Assembly: GCA_028724525.1 (NCBI GenBank)
Contig: JAQYCV010000014.1
Span: 11,164 to 75,163 of the forward strand
Source of the DNA: Clostridiales bacterium
GTDB lineage: Bacteria; Bacillota; Clostridia; Saccharofermentanales; DTU023
DNA length: 64,000 nucleotides
Reading direction: 5' to 3'
The notes under the pieces were generated by a model, which worked only from the letters and a program-made list of their open reading frames with translations, was not told the origin of the DNA and did not search any database. Within the stretch, counting starts at the first letter, position 1. Each line of letters begins with the position of its first letter. The position numbers were made by a program, and so were the translations under genes. Positions 9,283 through 19,557 of this stretch are shown here, one piece after another.

Positions 9283-10755
9283 ATGCGTAATTACAAATTA
9301 GACCAAACGAAAGCCCCCCTCCTGGCCGCCCTCAAACGTTACCGGCAGAAACGCATGGTCTCTTTTGATGTGCCCGGCCATAAAAAAGGTCCGGGCAACC
9401 CTGAGCTCCTGGACTTTTTAGGCCAGCCCACCCTTTCCGCCGATGCGAATTCCATGAAGATGCTGGATAATCTCATCCATCCGGTTGGAGTGATCCAAGA
9501 GGCAGAGCGCCTGGCTGCAGATGCTTTTGGGGCAGAGGCGGCCTTCTTTATTGTGAATGGGACCTCCCAGGCCGTTCAAACCATGATTATGTCCAGCTTA
9601 AACCCAGGTGACAAGCTGATTATGCCCCGCAACGTCCATCGATCCGCCATTAATGGCCTAATTTTGGCCCAGGCCAAGCCCGTCTATGTAGACCCAGGTC
9701 TGGACCAAGAAATAGGGATTCCCCTCTGCATGAGTCTGGAGAATTTTCAAGCGGCTATCCGGGAAAATCCAGATGCCAAGGCTGTCCTTATTAATAATCC
9801 TACTTATTATGGTGTTTGTGGCCGTCTGCAAGAGATGACGGCCCTGGCTCACCAGGCAGGCATGAAGGTCCTGGTGGATGAAGCCCACGGGACCCACTTT
9901 TACTTTTCCCCAGACCTCCCCATGTCGGCTATGGAGGCCAGGGCGGACTTGGCAGCGGTTAGCCTGCACAAGACAGGCGGCTCTCTTACCCAGTCCTCCT
10001 TGCTCCTAGCAGGCCCTGGTATGAAAGGGGATTTAGGTTATATCCGGCAGATCTTGAACCTGACCCAAACCACCTCTGCTTCCTATCTCCTCATGTCCTC
10101 CCTTGATATCACGCGGAAAAATCTGGCCCAGCGGGGGGAGGAAATCTACGACCGGGTTATTAAATTGGCCGACTATGCCCGTGAAGAGATCAGGCAATTG
10201 ACCCCGCCTTCCTACCAGGTGATTGACCAAGATCGCTGTGATGGGGATGCTTTCTATGCCTTTGACCGCACAAAATTATCTATCCATACGCGGTCTCTGG
10301 GCTTATCTGGTGTAGAGGTCTACGATATTTTGCGGGATGAATACAATATCCAAATTGAATTTGGCGACCTCTCCAATATCTTAGCTATTATCTCGGTTGG
10401 TGATCGGCCAGTGGACGTCGAACGTTTAATCGCGGCTCTGGCAGAGATTCGCCGCCTCTATGCCAAGGACCCAGAGGGTATGCTCATGTCCGAATATGTC
10501 AAACCCGAGCCGGTCCTTAGCCCCTCGACTGCTTTTTATGCACCCTCCACACAAATTCCCTTGTCTCAGTCTGCCGGCAGAATCTGCACAGAGTTTGTCA
10601 TGTGCTATCCCCCTGGCATACCCGTTCTGGCCCCGGGTGAACGTATTACGCCCCGGGCTCTAACCTATATCGAATATGCGCGGGAGATAGGCTCCAGTTT
10701 GTCTGGTACTGAAGATCCTGCAGTCAAAAAGATTTTCGTAGCGCAAGAGCCCTAG
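9283..10755 (+). CDS. speA: Orn/Lys/Arg decarboxylase family protein, probable arginine decarboxylase
   Basis: 490 aa with a PLP-lysine region AAVSLHKTGGSLTQSS typical of the family that includes Bacillus SpeA. Its position between speD and speE/speB supports an arginine decarboxylase role. RBS AAGGAAGAAGC lies before the ATG. Confidence 0.75.
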   Translation: MRNYKLDQTKAPLLAALKRYRQKRMVSFDVPGHKKGPGNPELLDFLGQPTLSADANSMKMLDNLIHPVGVIQEAERLAADAFGAEAAFFIVNGTSQAVQTMIMSSLNPGDKLIMPRNVHRSAINGLILAQAKPVYVDPGLDQEIGIPLCMSLENFQAAIRENPDAKAVLINNPTYYGVCGRLQEMTALAHQAGMKVLVDEAHGTHFYFSPDLPMSAMEARADLAAVSLHKTGGSLTQSSLLLAGPGMKGDLGYIRQILNLTQTTSASYLLMSSLDITRKNLAQRGEEIYDRVIKLADYAREEIRQLTPPSYQVIDQDRCDGDAFYAFDRTKLSIHTRSLGLSGVEVYDILRDEYNIQIEFGDLSNILAIISVGDRPVDVERLIAALAEIRRLYAKDPEGMLMSEYVKPEPVLSPSTAFYAPSTQIPLSQSAGRICTEFVMCYPPGIPVLAPGERITPRALTYIEYAREIGSSLSGTEDPAVKKIFVAQEP

Positions 10756-10782
10756 GACTTGATCCTGGGCGAAAGGAAAAAT

Positions 10783-11661
10783 ATGTCTATTTATTTGAGC
10801 GAACAGCAAGGGGACAAGGTCGACCTGGTGATCCAGGTGGACGCCCAGCTCCACAAAGAAGTGTCAGAATTTCAGACGATTGAGGTCTTCCAGACGGAAG
10901 CCTTTGGCAAAGTCCTCGTGATTGACGGGGCCCTTATGCTGACCGAAAGAGACGAGTTTATCTATCACGAGATGATGGTCCACGTCCCCATGGCGGTCCA
11001 CCCGCATGTAAGACGGGCCTTGGTTATTGGCGGTGGAGATGGGGGTGCTTTGCGCGAACTCCTGCGCTATCCCGAAATAGAAAGCATTGATTTGGTAGAG
11101 ATTGATGAACGTGTCGTTCGGGTATCCCAAGAATTCTTTCCCCGTTTGGCCGGCTCCTTCTCCTCGGACCGGGTCCAGCTCCATATCGCCGATGGCCTCA
11201 AATACATCCGCAAGTGGGAAGACCACTATGACCTCATTTTGGTTGACTCCACAGACCCCATCGGGCCAGGGGTTTCCCTCTTCACACGGGAGTTTTATGG
11301 CAATTGCTACAAGGCCTTGACGGCCCAAGGCATCCTCGTTAACCAGCACGAATCCCCCTTCTACGATGAGCAGGCCCGGATGGTCTGGGAGATCCGCCAG
11401 CAAACACGGGCGGTCTTTCCTGTTAACTATCTCTACCAGGCCTATATCCCCAGCTATCCTTCCGGCCATTGGCTTTTTGGCTTTATGTCCAAGGGCTTTC
11501 ATCCCCTCAAAGACCAGCAGGTAGCAGCTTGGGAGGCCCGCGGTCTCCACACGCGTTACTATAATTCCCGCATCCACCAGGGTGCTTTTGCCCTACCCAG
11601 CTATGTGCAGGACCTAGTCCAGCAGACGGGGGAAGAATTTGAACCCGTTTTGGGCATCTAA
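10783..11661 (+). CDS. speE: Spermidine synthase (polyamine aminopropyltransferase)
   Basis: Motifs VLVIDGALMLTERDEFIYHEMMVHVPM, VIGGGDGGALRE and LILVDSTDPIGPG. Start moved to ATG 10783 (GAAAGGAAAAAT upstream); the track start 10759 is a TTG without an RBS. Confidence 0.9.
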   Translation: MSIYLSEQQGDKVDLVIQVDAQLHKEVSEFQTIEVFQTEAFGKVLVIDGALMLTERDEFIYHEMMVHVPMAVHPHVRRALVIGGGDGGALRELLRYPEIESIDLVEIDERVVRVSQEFFPRLAGSFSSDRVQLHIADGLKYIRKWEDHYDLILVDSTDPIGPGVSLFTREFYGNCYKALTAQGILVNQHESPFYDEQARMVWEIRQQTRAVFPVNYLYQAYIPSYPSGHWLFGFMSKGFHPLKDQQVAAWEARGLHTRYYNSRIHQGAFALPSYVQDLVQQTGEEFEPVLGI

Positions 11662-11698
11662 GGCTGCTTGCATTACAATTTCTTCAAGGAGAAAAATT

Positions 11699-12559
11699 AT
11701 GGAACTAATTTCGGAAAATGTGCGTTATCTTGGTGCGGACGCCAGTTGGGACGATGCCCAAATTGTCCTCTATGGGGCTCCTTTTGATGGCACGACCTCC
11801 TTTCGGCCGGGAACCCGCTTCGGTCCGGCCGCCATGCGGGAAGCCTCTATTGGCTTGGAGAACTATTCTCCTTACTTGGATAAACATCTTACAGACCTGG
11901 CCATCTATGACGCGGGCGACTTAGTCCCTCCGATTGGGTCTGTCAGCAAGATGATCAACTTGGTTGAGGACCAGACCTTGAGAATTGCCCAAGCGGGCAA
12001 GGTCCCCCTTATGCTGGGTGGGGAGCACTCCATTAGTCTTGGGGCTATCCGAGCCATGGCCCAGGTCTACCCCGATCTGCGTGTTATCCATTTTGATGCC
12101 CATACCGACCTGCGGCCGGAATTTATGGAAGAACCTCTTTCCCATGCCTGTGTGATCTACCACGCCTGGGAAATCCTCGGAGACAAGAAGATTGCCTCTT
12201 TTGGTATCCGGTCCGGTGAGGCAGAAGAGTTTGCCTTTGCCCGTGACCACCTAGCCTTCCACCCCTTTGACCTGGAAGGCCTAAAAGAATATGTGGCAGG
12301 CCTGAAAGTACAAAAGTTACCTGTCTACTTTACCCTGGACCTGGATGTTTTGGATCCCGCCTATCTGCCGGGTACCGGCACGCCTGAGCCCGGTGGCGTG
12401 ACCTATTTAGACCTGCAGAACAAGATTTATCAGATGGCAGGACTCAATGTGGTGGGCTTAGATATTATGGAGCTGTCACCCCCTTATGACGAGTCCGGCG
12501 TATCCACAGTCCTAGCCTGTAAGCTCCTGCGCGAGATACTCCTAGCCTTATTTGCCTAA
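11699..12559 (+). CDS. speB: Agmatinase (ureohydrolase family)
   Basis: Arginase-fold metal-binding motifs GGEHS, HFDAHTDL and TLDLDVLDP. Start moved to ATG 11699 behind AAGGAGAAAAATT; the track ORF begins inside the speE 3' end. Confidence 0.85.
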   Translation: MELISENVRYLGADASWDDAQIVLYGAPFDGTTSFRPGTRFGPAAMREASIGLENYSPYLDKHLTDLAIYDAGDLVPPIGSVSKMINLVEDQTLRIAQAGKVPLMLGGEHSISLGAIRAMAQVYPDLRVIHFDAHTDLRPEFMEEPLSHACVIYHAWEILGDKKIASFGIRSGEAEEFAFARDHLAFHPFDLEGLKEYVAGLKVQKLPVYFTLDLDVLDPAYLPGTGTPEPGGVTYLDLQNKIYQMAGLNVVGLDIMELSPPYDESGVSTVLACKLLREILLALFA

Positions 12560-12586
12560 AGCCTTCGCTCCCTACAATCCTTTCTT

Positions 12587-12617
12587 GGCCCAGCCTCCAT
12601 CGGCTGGGCTTTTTTTA
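12587..12617 (+). terminator. Rho-independent terminator of the polyamine operon
   Basis: Stem GGCCCAGCC (12587-12595) pairs with GGCTGGGC (12602-12609) and is followed by a run of 7 T. Confidence 0.7.
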
Positions 12618-13040
12618 AGAAACTTTTCCTTAGCTAGCCTGAATATGCATAAGAGTTTTGATAAATATTCAGCCAGTTTTGAAACAGCTTTCATATTTTT
12701 AAGCTTAAAAAATATCAAGAGGACATTTTTCTTGCTAATTGATTGCATTAAATCAACTTAACTATAATTTTCTAAATATTAAGGCTTTAATAATATCCTA
12801 ATCAAAATGCCTAAAATAACTGGATTATGCCTTGAAATTGTACGAGCTGTAATTTTCAAATGGACATTTTGTCTGAAATCTACAAAAGCTAACAAATTTT
12901 TAGGAAGTTAACAGGATAAAATTATGGAAAAGGCAGGTATTTCAATTTATACAGTATATTCTTGCTTTATGCACTTTAAATCTCTAATATCTCAAGAAGA
13001 AACGACAGACTTTGTCGAAAGTTTGGGAGGAGCTCAAAAA

Positions 13041-13607
13041 ATGACAGATGCAAGTAGCTTAAGCCAAGACACTTTAACCCAAGCCCCGAAAGCCGGGAGA
13101 CGGCCAGCTATACAAAAGTTTGTAAGTAGCTTCCTGGTTCTTATCCTTTTAGGCCTAGTACTTGCTTTGCCCCTCTTTAGCCAAAGCGTAAGGGCGGAGG
13201 AAGACAGGTTGGAGGACCATCTTTTGGTCTTGGTAAATCAGGCCAGGCAGGAGGCAGGCTTAAAGCCAGTCAGCCTTAAAGCAGCTATGAATCCCTTTGT
13301 CACAGTCAGAGCCCAAGAAATTTCTAGCAACTTTAACCACATGAAAGCGGATGGCTCTAGCCCCTTTACTGGTTATCCGGGAACTTATATGGGTGAGAAT
13401 ATTCAGCAAAACTATGCCCGGGCTAGTGTTGTTGAACTTGCGACAAGCGTCTTTAACGCTTTCAAGGCTTCTCCCTCCCACTGGGCCAATATCCTCAATC
13501 CGGACTGGGTCTATATGGGCATTGGTTTTTATCAGGCCCCAGTTTATATGGACGGTCCTTACACGGGTTATGCTCCCGTCTACATTTGCCAATGGTTTTC
13601 TAATTAG
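13041..13607 (+). CDS. CAP/SCP (YkwD-like) domain protein with N-terminal membrane anchor
   Basis: CAP-domain pattern LVNQARQEAGLKPV...GENI...SPSHWANIL after a hydrophobic anchor FVSSFLVLILLGLVLALPLF. Start set to ATG 13041 behind GGGAGGAG; the upstream 39 codons of the track ORF (12924) have no RBS. Confidence 0.65.
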   Translation: MTDASSLSQDTLTQAPKAGRRPAIQKFVSSFLVLILLGLVLALPLFSQSVRAEEDRLEDHLLVLVNQARQEAGLKPVSLKAAMNPFVTVRAQEISSNFNHMKADGSSPFTGYPGTYMGENIQQNYARASVVELATSVFNAFKASPSHWANILNPDWVYMGIGFYQAPVYMDGPYTGYAPVYICQWFSN

Positions 13608-13666
13608 TCCTTATAACAAGTGACTTCAGCCGCAGATTGCAACTTTACCTGCTTGAAGACAAATCA

Positions 13667-13694
13667 AAAGGCCGGCTCCTTGGAGCCGGCCTTT
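13667..13694. terminator. Bidirectional hairpin terminator between convergent CAP-domain gene and pepD
   Basis: AAAGGCCGGCTCC / GGAGCCGGCCTTT is a perfect 13-nt inverted repeat flanked by A-run and T-run sequence. Confidence 0.6.
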
Positions 13695-13719
13695 GCACGT
13701 TAATCTCATGTTAACGCCC

Positions 13720-15144
13720 TTATTTAAAACTCGCCAAAAGCTTGAGGAGGAAATCCCAAACCCGATTAGTCGAGGAGATATTCAAGCGTTCTCTGGGGGT
13801 ATGGATGTCTTCCATGGTGGGACCAAAGGAGATCATCTCTGTATTGGGCATGCTGTTCTTCAATAGCCCGCATTCCAGACCGGCGTGTATGGCCGTAATT
13901 TTGGCTTCTTCTTGATACAGGTCCTGGTAAATTTTCTGAACCTTGTCGATGAAGGGAGACTCAGGATTAAATTCCCAAGCAGGGTATTGCCCGCCGGCTT
14001 TTGGTTGGGCACCAAAGTAGGGGGTGAGGGTCATCAGCCTGTCTACCAGTTCTAACTTGGAGGAGTTGACTGCTGACCGGATTGAGATTTGCAGGTCTAA
14101 GCTGTGCTTCTCTTGGGTGACAATTGCCACGTTCAGGCTGGTTTGTACCAGACCATGCATGGCGGGGCTCATAGACTGGACGCCATGGGGGAGGACAAAG
14201 AGATAGTCTAGGATTTGCTGCGTTTGGTCTAGTACAATGCGCTGATCGGCTTGGGCCTGGCTCAGTGTATAGGTCAGACCGGGATCCACCAGTTGCAATT
14301 CCGCATGGATTTCTTCAAAAGCGGCCTTGACCTGCTGTTCTACTTGGCCTCCTGCTTGGAAAATGGCCTGGGCCTGGGTGGGAATAGCATTGTGCTTGGA
14401 CCCGCCAGTCAACTTAACTAAGTGGAGCTTTTCTTTAGCTGCGACCTGGTGGAGGATCCGGGCTAAGATTTTAATCGCATTGCCCCGGCCCTCGTGGATC
14501 ACTTGGCCGGAGTGCCCACCCTTGAGGCCAGAAATTTCCAGCTGGTAGACAGGTTCCTTGCCTGCATTTTCAAGCTGCAGGTCAAAGCTGGCGTGGAAGT
14601 CTGCACCCCCAGCACAGCCCAGGGTGAAAATGCCTTCGGTTTCGGAGTCTAAGTTCAGCAAAAACTCCCCTTTGACATCCTCGGCCTTGAGGGCCTGGGC
14701 CCCATCCATGCCGGTTTCTTCCGCCGTGGTAATGATCACCTCAAGGTTGGGGTGGGGGATGTCCTTGGCATCCAGGATGGCCAGGGCATAGGCAACGGCA
14801 ATGCCGTCATCTGCGCCCAAGGTGGTCTTATTGGCCCTAATCCAGTCGCCGTCCACGCTCATCTCAATGGGATCCTTGCTAAAATCGTGGGTGGATTCTG
14901 GCAGCTTTTCGCATACCATGTCCATGTGGCCTTGCAGGGTGACCCAGGGTGAGTTTTCCCAGCCAGGAGTGGCCGGTTTGTGGATGATGATATTCTTAGC
15001 CTCGTCCTGAATAACCTCCAGCTGGCGGTCTTCTGCAAACTTCTTCAAAAAATTGGAGATGGCTTCCTCATTGTAGGATCCGCGGGGGATTTGGTTAATG
15101 GCATGAAACCAGTAAAAATAGGGTTTGTCAAAAAGTTTTTCCAT
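13720..15144 (-). CDS. pepD: Aminoacyl-histidine (Xaa-His) dipeptidase, M20 family
   Basis: 474 aa with motifs LQGHMDMV, TTLGADDGIAVAYALAIL and ITTAEETGMDGA, characteristic of PepD. Confidence 0.85.
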   Translation of the reverse strand: MEKLFDKPYFYWFHAINQIPRGSYNEEAISNFLKKFAEDRQLEVIQDEAKNIIIHKPATPGWENSPWVTLQGHMDMVCEKLPESTHDFSKDPIEMSVDGDWIRANKTTLGADDGIAVAYALAILDAKDIPHPNLEVIITTAEETGMDGAQALKAEDVKGEFLLNLDSETEGIFTLGCAGGADFHASFDLQLENAGKEPVYQLEISGLKGGHSGQVIHEGRGNAIKILARILHQVAAKEKLHLVKLTGGSKHNAIPTQAQAIFQAGGQVEQQVKAAFEEIHAELQLVDPGLTYTLSQAQADQRIVLDQTQQILDYLFVLPHGVQSMSPAMHGLVQTSLNVAIVTQEKHSLDLQISIRSAVNSSKLELVDRLMTLTPYFGAQPKAGGQYPAWEFNPESPFIDKVQKIYQDLYQEEAKITAIHAGLECGLLKNSMPNTEMISFGPTMEDIHTPRERLNISSTNRVWDFLLKLLASFK

Positions 15145-15313
15145 CTTATATCCTCACATGTCGTAAATTAAGCCAAACTGTCTAGCCTGGGCTCTAGCCC
15201 GGGGGCGCAAGGGATCTGGCCCATTACCCTAAATATAACATATTTGCTAAAATATACGAGAAAACAGTTTATAAGCCCTTAATATTTTTTTATGCTAAAG
15301 GAGTATAGCCAGC

Positions 15314-16513
15314 ATGTCGAAAGTGATCATTATTGGAGCCGGCGGCGTTGCCTCCGTGGCCGCCTACAAGTGTGTAGAAAACCATGAGACTTTTAAAGAA
15401 ATTTGCATTGCCAGTCGGACCCTGGGCAAAGCCCAGGCCTTAGTGGATAAACTCTCGGGCCGCGGAGTAAAACTCTCTGCCCGGCAGGTAGATGCTGACC
15501 AGGTAGACCAGCTACTGGAACTCTTTAAGGCAGAAAAGCCGGACCTCGTAATGAACCTAGCCTTACCCTACCAGGACTTGACCATTATGGATGCCTGCCT
15601 GGCCTATGGTGCGGACTATCTAGATACGGCGAACTATGAGCCGCCAGAGACGGCCAAGTTTGAATATAAGTGGCAGTGGGCTTACCGCGATCGGTTTAAG
15701 GAGGCCGGCTTGACCGCCATCTTGGGTTCCGGCTTTGACCCTGGCGTTACCCAGGTTTTCTCCGCCTATGCCCTCAAGCACCATTTTGACAGCATCCGGA
15801 CCATCGATATCCTAGACTGCAATGGCGGGGACCACGGCTACCCCTTTGCGACTAACTTCAACCCTGAGATTAACATTCGTGAAGTCTCGGCCAATGGCCG
15901 TTATTGGGAAAAAGGGGAGTGGATTGAAACCAAACCCTTAGAGATCAAAGGAACTTACAACTTCCGCGAAGTCGGGGAGAAGGATATGTATCTCCTTTAC
16001 CACGAAGAGGAAGAGTCCCTCATCCAAAATATTCCGGGCCTAGAGCGGATTCGTTTTTTCATGACCTTTGGCCAATCCTATTTAACCCATCTCCAATGCT
16101 TGAAAAATGTGGGTATGACCTCCATAGACCCCATCGACTTTGAGGGCCAGCAAATTATTCCCCTGCAGTTCCTCAAGGCGGTCCTGCCAGATCCTGCCAG
16201 CTTGGGCCCCCGCACGGTAGGCAAGACCAATATTGGGGTGATCTTTGAGGGCCTCAAGGACGGTCAGCCCAAGCGCTACTACCTCTACAATATTTGCGAC
16301 CACCAGGAGGCCTATCAAGAAACCGGGGCCCAGGCCGTTTCCTATACGACGGGCGTTCCCGCTATGATTGGGGCTGCTATGGTCCTCCAGGGTCATTGGA
16401 AAAAACCCGGTGTTTATAATCTGGAGGAGCTGGATCCCGATCCCTTCATGGCGGCTTTAAATCAATATGGCCTGCCCTGGCATGAAGATTTTGACCCGGT
16501 CATGGTGCCCTAA
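15314..16513 (+). CDS. Saccharopine dehydrogenase-family enzyme, probable carboxy(nor)spermidine synthase/dehydrogenase
   Basis: N-terminal Rossmann motif VIIIGAGGVASVAAYKC and ~400 aa length. It ends 3 nt before the carboxynorspermidine decarboxylase gene, the standard pairing for this pathway. Confidence 0.75.
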   Translation: MSKVIIIGAGGVASVAAYKCVENHETFKEICIASRTLGKAQALVDKLSGRGVKLSARQVDADQVDQLLELFKAEKPDLVMNLALPYQDLTIMDACLAYGADYLDTANYEPPETAKFEYKWQWAYRDRFKEAGLTAILGSGFDPGVTQVFSAYALKHHFDSIRTIDILDCNGGDHGYPFATNFNPEINIREVSANGRYWEKGEWIETKPLEIKGTYNFREVGEKDMYLLYHEEEESLIQNIPGLERIRFFMTFGQSYLTHLQCLKNVGMTSIDPIDFEGQQIIPLQFLKAVLPDPASLGPRTVGKTNIGVIFEGLKDGQPKRYYLYNICDHQEAYQETGAQAVSYTTGVPAMIGAAMVLQGHWKKPGVYNLEELDPDPFMAALNQYGLPWHEDFDPVMVP

Positions 16514-16515
16514 GA

Positions 16516-17784
16516 TTGAGCCTGCAAATGTCTTTACCCAACCCTGCCCAGCTACCCTCGCAGACTTGCCTCACTGGCCCTGCAGACCTGCCCTTTGCTA
16601 GCTTGCCTAGCCCGGCTGAGGTCTTAGACCTCCGTTATTTGGAGGCTAATTTAGCCTATTTAGCTGCCCTAGGTCAGGCTGCGGGGGTGAAGGTGCTTTT
16701 GGCGCAAAAGGCCTATTCCCTCTACCAGACCTATCCCTTGATTGGCCAATATCTGGCGGGGACTTGTGCTTCTGGCCTTTATGAGGCCCGACTGGCCCAT
16801 GAAGAAATGCCGGGCCATGACCTCCAGGTCTTTTCTGCGGCCTACCAGGCGGAGGAGTTGACGGAAGTTCTAAGTTACGCAGACCATGTGATTTTTAACA
16901 GTCCTAGTGAATGGCGGCGCTGGCGCCTGCAGGCCTTGGCCGCCCAGGCCGCTAGACCCAAGGCTTCCCCTCTGGTCTTGGGTCTCCGCCTCAATCCAGA
17001 ATATGCAGAAATCCAGGAGGATATCTATAATCCTGCCGCTCCTGGCTCCCGCCTGGGGACGACGGGCCGAGAACTCGCCCAGGCCATGGACCAAGATCCT
17101 GCTTTCCTCCAAGGGCTGACAGGCTTCCATATCCATGCCCTTTGTGAACAGGGGGCGGAAAGTCTAGCTGGGGTCCTAGAGGCTACAGAGAAGAATTTTG
17201 CGCCTTATTTGGCCCGGCCAGAAATAAGCTGGCTGAACCTAGGCGGTGGCCACCATTTTACCCGGCGGGACTACAATGTGGCACTTTTTGTGAACCTCAT
17301 GCAGGCCTGGCGGACCAAGTATGATTTGGAAATTTATGTGGAGCCCGGCGAAGCGATTGCTCTGGACTGCGGCTGGCTGGTGTCCCAAGTATTAGACACT
17401 CCGGTCAATGACATCCAGCTGGCTATTTTAGACAGCTCCGCGGCCTGCCACATGCCAGATGTTTTGGAAATGCCTTACCGGCCCCGTTGCTTCCGGGTGC
17501 TAGCGGATGGGGCTTACGAGCCGGGCCTCGACTCCCAGGCCTATCTTTACCGCCTGGCGGGACCCACCTGCCTGGCCGGGGACATCATCGGAGACTATGC
17601 CTTTTCTAGCCCCCTCCATAGGGGAGACCGGCTAGTCTTTTGCGATATGTCTATCTACTCCCATGTCAAGCGGAACAGCTTCAACGGCATGCCCCTGCCG
17701 GACCTCTATAGCTGGGACGGCAAGCATTTGCATTGCCTGAGGCATTTTACCTATGACGATTTCAAGGCTAAATTAGGCTCATAA
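16516..17784 (+). CDS. nspC: Carboxy(nor)spermidine decarboxylase
   Basis: Alanine-racemase-fold decarboxylase pattern: LNLGGGHH, YVEPGEAI, SSAACHMPDVLEMPYRP, AGPTCLAGD. Start is uncertain (TTG 16516 or ATG 16528) and neither has a clear RBS. Confidence 0.75.
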   Translation: MSLQMSLPNPAQLPSQTCLTGPADLPFASLPSPAEVLDLRYLEANLAYLAALGQAAGVKVLLAQKAYSLYQTYPLIGQYLAGTCASGLYEARLAHEEMPGHDLQVFSAAYQAEELTEVLSYADHVIFNSPSEWRRWRLQALAAQAARPKASPLVLGLRLNPEYAEIQEDIYNPAAPGSRLGTTGRELAQAMDQDPAFLQGLTGFHIHALCEQGAESLAGVLEATEKNFAPYLARPEISWLNLGGGHHFTRRDYNVALFVNLMQAWRTKYDLEIYVEPGEAIALDCGWLVSQVLDTPVNDIQLAILDSSAACHMPDVLEMPYRPRCFRVLADGAYEPGLDSQAYLYRLAGPTCLAGDIIGDYAFSSPLHRGDRLVFCDMSIYSHVKRNSFNGMPLPDLYSWDGKHLHCLRHFTYDDFKAKLGS

Positions 17785-17796
17785 GGGCCTGTCCGC

Positions 17797-19557
17797 CTAG
17801 CTGACTGTGCCCTCGCTTAAATCTAGATTGAGCATTTGCCCGTTGTGGATCAGCCGGCTGGCATTGCTTGCCCCGTAAATTATGGGGATCTCCAAGAGCT
17901 TGGCGCAGGTCACGGCGTGGCTTTCTGGATCCGGATCTTCAATGACGAGGGCCCTGGCTTCCCGGATGAAGGGGAGGTCTTCGTTCGTGGTTTTATCCGC
18001 AACCAAAATATAGGATCGGACCTCTTGGACCGAACTGGGGATCTGGTGGTTACTCAGAATCACGGCGTCTCCGGAGATCTGCTTCATGCCGCCGCTAGAA
18101 GCAACCCTTCCCTGGGTAATGGTTTGGCCCAAAGTTTCGACCCGCAAGGTATTGGTCGTTCCTGACATGCCGGCAGGGGTTCCACCCGTCACAACAACCA
18201 AATCACCTTCTTTGACCAGTTGAGTCTGGAGGGCCGCCTCTAGAGCCGTATTGAAAAGCTCGTCGGTATCCTGGATGACTGGAATCACAACCGGCGTCAC
18301 CCCCCAAGAAACCGCTAGCTGGTTTTTGGTTCGCTCGGTTACGGTAGCAGCGATGATGGGGACATTCCCCCTAAAACGGGAAAGAGCTCGAGCCGTGTTG
18401 CCGGAGTGGGTGACCGTAATAATAGCCTTGGCCCCTATATCCATAGCCGTGGTACAGGCGGCGTGGCCAATGGCCCCCGTTAAATTGCTGGCTTGGTAGG
18501 GATCCTTGCGGAAGTGTTCCCAGTAGGGGATGCGGGCTTCCGTATAGCGGGCGATCCGGTCCATCATTTTCACAGCTTGGACGGGGTACTGACCCATGGC
18601 GGTTTCGCCGGATAGCATGACGCAGGAGGTACCATCAAAAATCGCGTTGGCCACATCCGAAACCTCGGCCCGGGTGGGGCGGGTGTTGCGGATCATGGAA
18701 TCCAACATCTCGGTCGCGGTGATGGAGGGAAGGCCAGCCTCGTAAGCCGCCTTAATCATATGCTTTTGAATCACAGGGACTTCTTCTGCCGGAATTTCCA
18801 CGCCTAAGTCACCTCGGGCGACCATAACCCCGTCTGTCACCTTGAGAATTTTTTCAAAATTGTCCACACCCTCGCGGTTTTCAATCTTGGCACAAATTTT
18901 AATATCCTTGTCACCAAAAGAGGCCAGGGCCCGGCGCATTTCCATTATGTCGTCCGGCCGGCGCACAAAGGATGCGGCAATCCAGTCAAACTCATTTTCG
19001 ACGGCAAAGCGGAGGTCGTCCAAGTCCTTGTCTGTGAGGGCAGGAAGCTGGAGATTAACACCAGGCAAGTTGATCGACTTGTGGTTGGCGATTTCTCCTC
19101 CGATCACCACCCGGCAAACTACGTCTAAATCCTCTATCCGTAGGACTTCCAGGTTAATTAAACCGTCATTAATTAAGAGGGTAGAGCCCGGTTGAACATC
19201 GCGAGCTAAGTCCTTATAAGTAACCGAAAACTTGTCAGCTGTACCCAGGATGTCTTCGTAGACTATCCGGACTTCTTGATCTTTTTCTAGATTGACGCGG
19301 TCTCCTTCAAAGATACCCGTCCGGACCTCAGGCCCCTTGGTGTCCATCATGAGGGCCAGGGGGACATTCAGTTCCTTTCGAATGGCCTTTATCTGGTCTG
19401 CCCGGGCTTTCTGCTCGGCATGATTGCCGTGGGAAAAATTGAGCCGGGCGACATTCATCCCCGCTTCTACCAGGTTGCGTAAGACTTCCGGGTCGTCGCT
19501 GGCCGGGCCGATCGTGCAAATAATTTTGGTTTTGCGTAAGGCTTGTACTGGGTCCAT
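17797..19557 (-). CDS. pyk: Pyruvate kinase with C-terminal PEP-utilizer-like extension
   Basis: Motifs KTKIICTIGPAS, NFSHG and MVARGDLGVEIP, plus a ~100-aa C-terminal extension as in Bacillus-type Pyk. Start moved to ATG 19557 (GGAGGGAGATAAA upstream on the minus strand). Confidence 0.9.
   Translation of the reverse strand: MDPVQALRKTKIICTIGPASDDPEVLRNLVEAGMNVARLNFSHGNHAEQKARADQIKAIRKELNVPLALMMDTKGPEVRTGIFEGDRVNLEKDQEVRIVYEDILGTADKFSVTYKDLARDVQPGSTLLINDGLINLEVLRIEDLDVVCRVVIGGEIANHKSINLPGVNLQLPALTDKDLDDLRFAVENEFDWIAASFVRRPDDIMEMRRALASFGDKDIKICAKIENREGVDNFEKILKVTDGVMVARGDLGVEIPAEEVPVIQKHMIKAAYEAGLPSITATEMLDSMIRNTRPTRAEVSDVANAIFDGTSCVMLSGETAMGQYPVQAVKMMDRIARYTEARIPYWEHFRKDPYQASNLTGAIGHAACTTAMDIGAKAIITVTHSGNTARALSRFRGNVPIIAATVTERTKNQLAVSWGVTPVVIPVIQDTDELFNTALEAALQTQLVKEGDLVVVTGGTPAGMSGTTNTLRVETLGQTITQGRVASSGGMKQISGDAVILSNHQIPSSVQEVRSYILVADKTTNEDLPFIREARALVIEDPDPESHAVTCAKLLEIPIIYGASNASRLIHNGQMLNLDLSEGTVS

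Noticed and set aside
12620-13040. The AT-rich 400-bp region before the CAP-domain gene as a possible sRNA, riboswitch or insertion remnant.
   Set aside because: I found no repeats, hairpins with T-runs or conserved RNA cores. It is treated as a long promoter/leader region. The ORFs 12552-12761 and the 5' part of 12924-13607 lack RBSs.
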